From the NCBI GenBank assembly GCA_965112735.1, contig OZ218960.1, forward strand, positions 1,674,001-1,738,000: a DNA stretch of 64,000 bases. The letters are read 5' to 3'. The translations under genes were made by a program, and so were the position numbers. How positions within the stretch are numbered: the first letter of the stretch is position 1; each line of letters starts with the position of its first letter. This DNA is from Phaeosaccion multiseriatum (lineage: Eukaryota > Protista > Ochrophyta, other classes). The notes beneath the pieces were generated by a model, which ran no database searches, was not told the DNA's origin, and saw only the letters and a list, made by a program, of their open reading frames with translations. Positions 51,349 through 64,000 of this stretch are shown here, piece by piece.

Positions 51349-53485
51349 ATGGGGAATGCGCACTCTCGTCGGGTGCTGGACAAGTCACTACCCTCTGGAG
51401 GGAGGAGTCAGCTGTTGGAGTCGCTGAAGACATCAGTCCCGGCCAACATTGTATCTAAGGTGAGTCAATAGTGTAATGCTCTCAGAGTGCGTAGCCGTGA
51501 GCAGTGCAGAGGGGAGCACAAGCGGCAGAACCAGCGCAGGAGTAGGCAGACAAAGAGGGGGAGGAGGGAGAGAAACGAAACACCGCATCGCGAGTCGGAG
51601 ACGGTACCCCTTCTTGTTTGGAGGAATTTATGGCATCAGTAGGCCACCAGCTGCGTCACCCCCCTAACTCTTTGGCTCTTTCCTCTCAGCATCGCTCTCC
51701 CCACCTGCTGGTGATTCATTCAGCCCTCACATCACTGTACCCCCTCCCTCCCTCCAACCCAACCCCCCCCGTCTCTCTCTCCCGCTTCCTCCCACACGAA
51801 TGCATAACATGAAACATGCTCTCCTCGTCCCACCGCATCCCATCCAATCAATGCCCATATTACCCCACCCCAGGTTCGTAGCGCTTTTCTGTTCCGCCCG
51901 GACGATGGCTTCGACCTTCAGCAGACGCACCCTGCGCGTATGACGGTCAAGGGCGTGGACCGCATTAAGGGCTACCGGTATCCGGCACCAGGCTCCAGGG
52001 GTCCCGTCTCCATCCCTGTAGAGCCAGAAGAAGACAGGTGTGTGCTCTCTCTTCTGCTCTTTCTTTCTCTCCCTGTCCCTCTCCCTCTGTATCTCTCGCT
52101 CTCTCTCTGTGTGTGGAATAGTGTGGAACTCCCCTCTGCACCCCCCCCTGTACTATTTCGAGCCCCCTCCCATCCCATCTCCGCCCCCCTTCCCTTCCCC
52201 ATACGCGGCTCACCTCCACTGCCCGAGGCTTGACGAAACGCTGCTGCTGCCGCTCCCTCCCTCCCTCACTCCCTCCCCTCCGTCCCTGCCTTCCCTCCCT
52301 CCGTCCCCTCCCTCCCTCCCTCCTCCTTCTCTCCCTCCCTCCCTTCCTCCCCCCGTCCCTCCCTCCGTCCCTCCCCCCCCTTCCTCACTCCCTCCCTCCC
52401 TGCCTTCTCTCCGTCCCCTCCCCCCTCCCTCTGTCTCCTCCCCCTCCCCTCCCTCCCTCCCTCCCCTCCCTCCGTCCCTCCCTCCCTTCTCTCCCTCCCG
52501 TCACTCACTCCCTCCCTCGCTCCCCTCCCTCGTTCCCCTCCCTCCACTCCCAGCCACAAGCAGAACTTCTACGCCAGGGACTCTCGCAGCGTCCCTGTGC
52601 CCGAGCTCGTCATGACTCAGCCTCGATACGCCAAGGGCAAGGTTGCCCCGGGGGAACTCGAGGTTCGAGTGGTGCTTCCCGAGGGGCTCGTCATAGATCC
52701 GGAGAAGGGAGACGTGGGGAAATACATTGTCGACCCCGAGAATAAGAGCTCTCCAGGTGGGTGCGTGTGTGGGTGCGTGTGTGAGTGGGGGTGCGGGTTC
52801 GTGCGTGCGGGTTCGTGCGCGGGTGTGTTACATTTTAGCCGTTCCAGAGTCCCCTCCCTGGACCGGATCCGTCTCTTGGGCCTGTCTTGACCTCGTCGAA
52901 GAGGGGGAGTAGTACGCGTCTGTAAGCAGTAGGCCGATACCCCTCCTTGTTTGTACATATTCATTTCCCTCTGCCCCGCCTCTCTGATCGAATCCTGTGG
53001 GCGGGGCGGTAAGGGGAAGGACTTGAGTGTTGCCGTAATACCATGTATCTGACTGTCTGACTGATTGGCAGCAACATAATACCCGCTCTGTCCTGACACC
53101 AACCCCCCGCCCCCTTTCTGTCCGGGCACACACCCTCTCTCCTCACAGCCCCCCCCCCCCTCGGTCCTTACACCCACCCTCTGTCCTGACACCTCTCCCC
53201 CCGTCTGTCCTGACACCCACCACCCGTCCCCCCGCAGGTGTGCCCAACCCCGACGCCCTCCGCTGGGACCCATCGGGCCTGTCGTTCACCATGATGGCAA
53301 CATGGAAGGAGATGTACAACAGCATTGAGGCCAAGGCCAAACCCAACCATCTACCCACCCCTGCCTGGCTCAAGGATGAGGACGAGATTATCGCAGAGTA
53401 CGAGAGGAAGGGACTGCCCATGCCTCCGGGGAGGGAGTACGGGGGGTGGAAGCGGTCCAAGAGGGCACTTACCAAGGTGTGGTAG
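51349..53485 (+). CDS. Probable mitochondrial complex I accessory subunit, NDUFA7/B14.5a/NUZM-like, 241 aa, 4 exons
   Basis: Exons 51349-51459, 51874-52037, 52554-52756, 53238-53485 (726 nt). Motifs [16 protein letters not shown] and GLPMPPG resemble NUZM/NDUFA7 from memory. Confidence 0.6.
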
Positions 53486-53633
53486 TGTGTGGTGGTGTAC
53501 GCACATCCATTCTTCTTTCCTTTAGTGTGGCAAATTGCTTTAGTATTAAAATTAAAATTTAATCAAAGATGAAAGTGAAGTGAAAGAGGAAAGTGGTAAA
53601 ATGTAAAATGTCCTGGCCCCTGACATGGTACGG

Positions 53634-53805
53634 TCGACCCCTGATACACTATCGCCACATTCTCGAAAGCGCGCTATCGGGCCCCGGCGATAGCGGATAG
53701 CGCGCCGGCTGGCGCCGGCGATAGCGGATAGCGCGCCGGCTGGCGAATAGCACGCCCCAACAACCCCCCCCCCCCCCCCGATAGCGGATAGCGGATAGGG
53801 GTCGA
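53634..53805. mobile_element. 172-bp MITE-like element with perfect 9-bp TIRs and a 6-bp target-site duplication
   Basis: GTACGG | TCGACCCCT ... AGGGGTCGA | GTACGG (direct repeat at 53628-53633 and 53806-53811). Internal GATAGC repeats. It lies next to a related end, GGCCCCTGACATG, at 53615. Confidence 0.75.
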
Positions 53806-53948
53806 GTACGGAGCGATTCTCGGCCATTTGAAGGTGTACGGGCCCTGAAACGGCGAAAAATTACTTTTACCCCCCCCCCTTTTCCTCCTCCTCGTCAGCT
53901 TCCCCTCGAAGCGTCTTTCTCCCCTCCAGGGGATGTGGCTGAGGGACT

Positions 53949-59799
<5,851 letters not shown>

Positions 59800-60133
59800 A
59801 TGAATCATGTCCCGAGGATGTCCGAGGATTCGTCCGAGCGCCGAGCGCCTTCCCATATCTCCCCCCATGTATTCTTGCTGGTTTGGGCTTTCTGGCAATA
59901 TGCGCTGCCCTTCAGCCGAGATGTCAGTCACGAAACAGGAGATAAACGAGAGATTGTACATGAATTTCAAGGACTCAATAGTACGAAGTTTGAGAGGGGC
60001 AACGAATACATTGACTTACAGGAATCAGAGAGGGAGAGGGATCGGATTACGAATCACCTAAGAAACTGAACGTGTGTGTGAGTGCGTGTGTCACTGGGGC
60101 CCACTGGGGCCTCCCCCCCCCCCCCTGCGCTGA

Positions 60134-60244
60134 TCGACCCCTGACGTGGTATCTGCTATCTGCTATCACCGGCGCCAGCCGCCGTGCTATCTGCTATCGC
60201 CAGCGTCAGCCGGCGTGCTATCGAGATAGCACGTCAGAGGTTCA
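60134..60244. mobile_element. MITE-like element of the same family (TCGACCCCTGACGTG ... CACGTCAGAGGTTCA)
   Basis: Imperfect 15-bp TIRs; internal GCTATC and CCGGCGCCAGCCG motifs shared with the 53634 copy; no TSD visible. Confidence 0.6.
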
Positions 60245-60466
60245 AAAGTAACGTCTCAGCCCCGGGGAACTTAGCCCCCGAGGTCGTATCCCTCCGACTC
60301 GTCAGTCCTCCCCATCGGAACAAAGTTGATACCAGCCAGGATCCTGTGTCGTATCGATGGTTCGTGTCCGGCCCGCTGGAGCGCCACGTTGAAGTGTTTG
60401 AGGGGAAGAGTTGGTACTCCACTCACAGATACGTATGAAATAATGACTAACGGGTCCCCACATACC

Positions 60467-60544
<78 letters not shown>

Positions 60545-60584
60545 TCTCCCCCCCCTCTGTTAAGTAACGTACCGTAGCAGCAGC

Positions 60585-61193
60585 ATGGACGAAGACCACT
60601 TGGAAGAAAATGGGCAAACGCTGGGGATGCAGAACTACCTCTGTGACATGACCACAGGGACTGTCGTCTTTAGGAAAATGTATCACGGCATTCCAGGCTA
60701 CCCTTGCGATGAGCCGCCCCTCCTTGACGACGTTTATGTGGCTCAGGAAGCAGGGAAAGTAGCAGCAGCAGCAGCAGCCGAAGAAGAAGGAGAGGAAGGA
60801 GGCGAAGGAAAAGTAGCCGACCTTGCGAACCACTGGCTTGATGAGATTGAAACCGTGCGGTTAATCTTTAGCAATGTGAGCCGGGAAACGATGGCGTCAA
60901 AGAAGAAGCGGCCTGTCTTGGGGGGGATCGATACTGCTGGCACTAGCGTCTATGGCGATGATCTTGCTGCCGTGAAAGAAGACGCGGTCCCTCCCTGCTT
61001 CTCCTCCTACCCATCGTCATCGAGGGATTTTTGGCTCTACAACGGAGGATCTGCTTCTGCAGCAGCGAGAGATTGCCATAGAGGTGATGATACCGACATA
61101 CCAGGAGGGAGCTTCTCCCTCCATCGGCAACGAATGGCGCAGAGCCAGTTACGAAGGAACATACAGCACAAGCAGAAGCAGCAGCGGCGATAG
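60585..61193 (+). CDS. Hypothetical 202-aa ORF; possibly an exon of a larger or decayed gene
   Basis: Non-repetitive ORF preceded by a (TC)n tract and an AG acceptor at ~60577, with a possible donor at ~60432. Coding-like sequence continues past the TAG with stops. No family recognised. Confidence 0.4.
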   Translation: MDEDHLEENGQTLGMQNYLCDMTTGTVVFRKMYHGIPGYPCDEPPLLDDVYVAQEAGKVAAAAAAEEEGEEGGEGKVADLANHWLDEIETVRLIFSNVSRETMASKKKRPVLGGIDTAGTSVYGDDLAAVKEDAVPPCFSSYPSSSRDFWLYNGGSASAAARDCHRGDDTDIPGGSFSLHRQRMAQSQLRRNIQHKQKQQRR

Positions 61194-61792
61194 GGTGGGA
61201 ACAAGGCAGCACGGGGCGTGCCTTCTGCCTTCGACCATCGATGTTCACTGATGACAAGAACCGACCACCAAAAAGGAAGCACATTCTTTCAGTAGCCGGT
61301 AGTAGTGGTTTTTGAGGGGCTTGCCGAGTTGCCATCCACACAGCAGGGGCTCTGTGGGAGTTGCAGGTCCTGACCAGGGGCCAAGAGAGGCGGGGTGGAG
61401 GAGAGGCGACAGGGACGGGGGCACCAGGTGTGGTGCTGGCTTCTTTTCTCACTCACACTCGTCCAGCAAGCTGGTGGAAGAGCTCAACGCGGCCGTTCGA
61501 GACGAGGCGGACGACGAGGGAGGCCGCTGTTGAAGTGCTGCTACTGAAGTGCTGCGAGAGAGGCTGTACACCAGTAAGGAGGGGGTATTTGCTGCCAACC
61601 AAGTCAACATCGTAGCAGTTTCTCCACACCATCCGACCTGACCATGCGTATCCGATCAGTGGTCCTACACACATCTGTTCCCCAGAGTAGGGTCTTCCTC
61701 TTCGCAAGGGAAGGGTAGAGCGCAGGAAGCTGCTGTCCTAGGCGGTGTCCACACGCGCCACCTCAGAAGGAGAAGAAGACGGGTGGGCCTAC

Positions 61793-61871
61793 TGATTTGG
61801 ACCTGATTGGACCTGATTGGACCTGATTGGGCCTGATTGGGCCGGATTGGGCCGGATTGGGCCGGATTGGG
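61793..61871. repeat. 10-bp tandem repeat (GATTGGRCCK), about 8 units
   Basis: CTGATTGGAC, CTGATTGGGC and CGGATTGGGC units grade along the array. Confidence 0.9.
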
Positions 61872-62543
61872 TGAATGTCTATGATGGACGCTGCCCTGCA
61901 GGGGATCGCGTGACTTTGCTTCGATTCTTCGATTCTGTCACGGCGACGCGACACGTATCGGTAGTGAGAGCTTTTGTTTGAGGTGCCTACCTCTCTGTGT
62001 TCTGCTGACTTACTTCGAGAAACTGAAACTGTCCATTGGCGAGTTTCGAGGCTTCGAAAATGAGTGTGAGAGTGTATGACTGTGCTTGAGAGTGTGTGTG
62101 AGTGCGTGCCTCGCGTTCCGCCCTGTCGTGGAAGAATGAAAGCCGTGTGGTAAGTGCCGACTCCATGGCTCATCCCACTGATGCAATAGGTCAGGGGCAG
62201 GAGCCGCAAGCGCGATAAAGAGAAGAGTAGCGCTTTTCTCTGATTTCTCTCATGAATCTGATTGGGTGCTGACGTGTGACATGGCGAGAGGAAAACAAAA
62301 ACAAACACACACTTCACATTCAATTTGCTTTATACAATCACAACACACAACATATATACTCTCTTCTCTTTCTCTCTCTCCCTCCGCGCTCTGCAGCCCC
62401 CCTGGTGAAGCACCATCTCGTGTGCGTACAGGCACACTGCAGCGCGCAACGGACCCAAGGTCCGCACTACTACACTACAGACGCTGTAGCTCCCCCACTC
62501 CCTCCCCCCTCGGCCTCCCTCTCTCGTCCTCTCCATGAGTAGA

Positions 62544-63267
62544 TCAGAGGATGCCCGGTGCTCGAATGCCCCCAGTGCCTCGTAAGCTCCTCTGAAGCTG
62601 TTTGGGGTCCGCCCATGAGCTACCCAAATAATCATCATCCGTGGCTTCTGCTAACTTTTTCATCTCCTCCTGCTTCTTAAAGTAGTGGGCCATCATTGCC
62701 TTACGCTCGTCTTCTGTAACGGCGGCTTCTCTCCCAGGAGGGCCCGAGCCCGCCTTCTGCAGTTTCACCACCAGTTTTGTCTTCTCGTTCCGGCCCACTC
62801 GGTCTCGAAGCTTGCTGCCCCGCCTGATGGAGAGGTTGGATTGAATTCATTGGTTGGATTCCAATCATTTGATTACAGTCGTTGGATTGGAGAAAAGAAG
62901 AACATACATCAGAAACAAAGCGATTGAATAAGAGCAACGTGCTGTGTTTCGCAGTCGATTTTACCCTCCCACGAACACACGCACTCACTCGAACTCCTTC
63001 CCCGCCATCCACAGCCTCACGCACGTAAGCACGCACCCACCCACTCACCCACTCAGCCACTCACCCACCCACGCACCCACCCACCCACGCACTCACTTGA
63101 ACTCCTTGCCCGACATCCACAGGCCTGCGGTGTCGTCCTCCAACAGCTCCTGCTCGGCTTGCGTGCCCGCCAAGCCCTCGGTGCCCTCGATGCTCAGACG
63201 CACAATGTCGAACTCAGGCAGGCCCATCGGGTAGGCTGTTTAATTATTTCATTCAATTTGTAAGGCA

Positions 63268-63302
<35 letters not shown>

Positions 63303-63691
63303 AGGTGTGTTAGGGGGAGGGGGTTGGGGAGGGGGGGGCGGCGGAATGGAGGGGACTGAGTACCAACATCTTCTCCACACGCAACACAGCTGCCTTTCTT
63401 CCTTCCTCCTTTCCTCCCGCCTTCCCTCCCTCCCTCACTTCCTCACTCCCTCTCTCCCTCCCTCCCTCCCCCTCCCCTCTCCCCCCTTCCTCACCCATGG
63501 TGACTGCTCCTCGAATATTGTCAAGCTTCTCGTCGAGGATCTCCTGTGTGATGGCGATGCGTTGCTTCACCTGCTGAGGGTCAACGGCCATCTCCGCGTC
63601 TCTACCATTAGGGTGAGTGGGGGGTGTCAGGACAGGGGGGGGGGGGGGGGGGTGTCAGGACAGAGGGTGAAAGTACACGCACACACACGCA

Positions 63692-63740
<49 letters not shown>

Positions 63741-63836
63741 ATCCCCCTCGCCAAGGTCCTACATTCCCCTTTCCTTGCGGGCCCATACTGTGTGGGGCTT
63801 TTGCGGCCTTCAACAGGAAATCATACTAGAGGACAT

Positions 63837-63875
<39 letters not shown>

Positions 63876-64000
63876 ATCTTACGTGCAAACTCTGTCGAAC
63901 GTGTCCATAAGCTGGGGGCCCACTCCGTTTCCAGTCCTCTTGCCCGAGGGGTCAGCACAGTAGTGCTCGCCTTTATCGATGACTATGCCTTCCGATTCCT
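62544..64000 (-). CDS. CFAP298: Cilia- and flagella-associated protein 298 (C21orf59/kurly/FBB18), 5'-partial
   Basis: Exons >64000-63883, 63601-63495, 63235-63097, 62823-62544. Motifs DPSGKRTGNG, IRGAVTMAYPMGLPEFD, LWMSGKE, GRNEKTKLVVKLQK.GSGPPGRE, MMAHYFKKQEE.KKL, DDDYLGSSWADP. Confidence 0.93.

Overview
Eukaryotic nuclear DNA, most likely from a flagellate-stage photosynthetic stramenopile (ochrophyte). Support: stramenopile-type ubiquitin, signal peptide + ASAF-type bipartite presequences, and ciliary genes (CFAP298, an AHI1-like fragment). The window is gene-dense, with GT-AG introns full of microsatellites, so most ORFs in the supplied track are artefacts. I spliced the genes by hand and checked exon phases. 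They are: a plastid-type acidic protein (partial), a very long mS23-like mitoribosomal protein, an F-box-like/ankyrin protein, legumain, a Lys/Arg-rich protein, an SLC38-type amino-acid transporter, a DUF3228 protein, a PH + CAMK-like (pseudo)kinase, 10-unit polyubiquitin, a proteasome beta-6 subunit with a signal-peptide-like extension, an NDUFA7/NUZM-like complex I subunit, a 998-aa unknown protein, an orphan ORF and CFAP298 (partial). Three things stand out. (1) A ~7.7-kb TIR-bounded element (12953-20611) carries a decayed piggyBac-like transposase, intron-containing captured fragments of a jouberin/AHI1-like gene and a tandem array of perfect hairpins. (2) A small MITE-like family is dispersed through the window, one copy with a 6-bp TSD. 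(3) Introns show a consistent sense-strand polarity (G-rich/donor-like repeats at the 5' end, their reverse complements at the 3' end), with one explicit 26/27-bp stem closing an intron. All family assignments are from remembered motifs; no database search was run.
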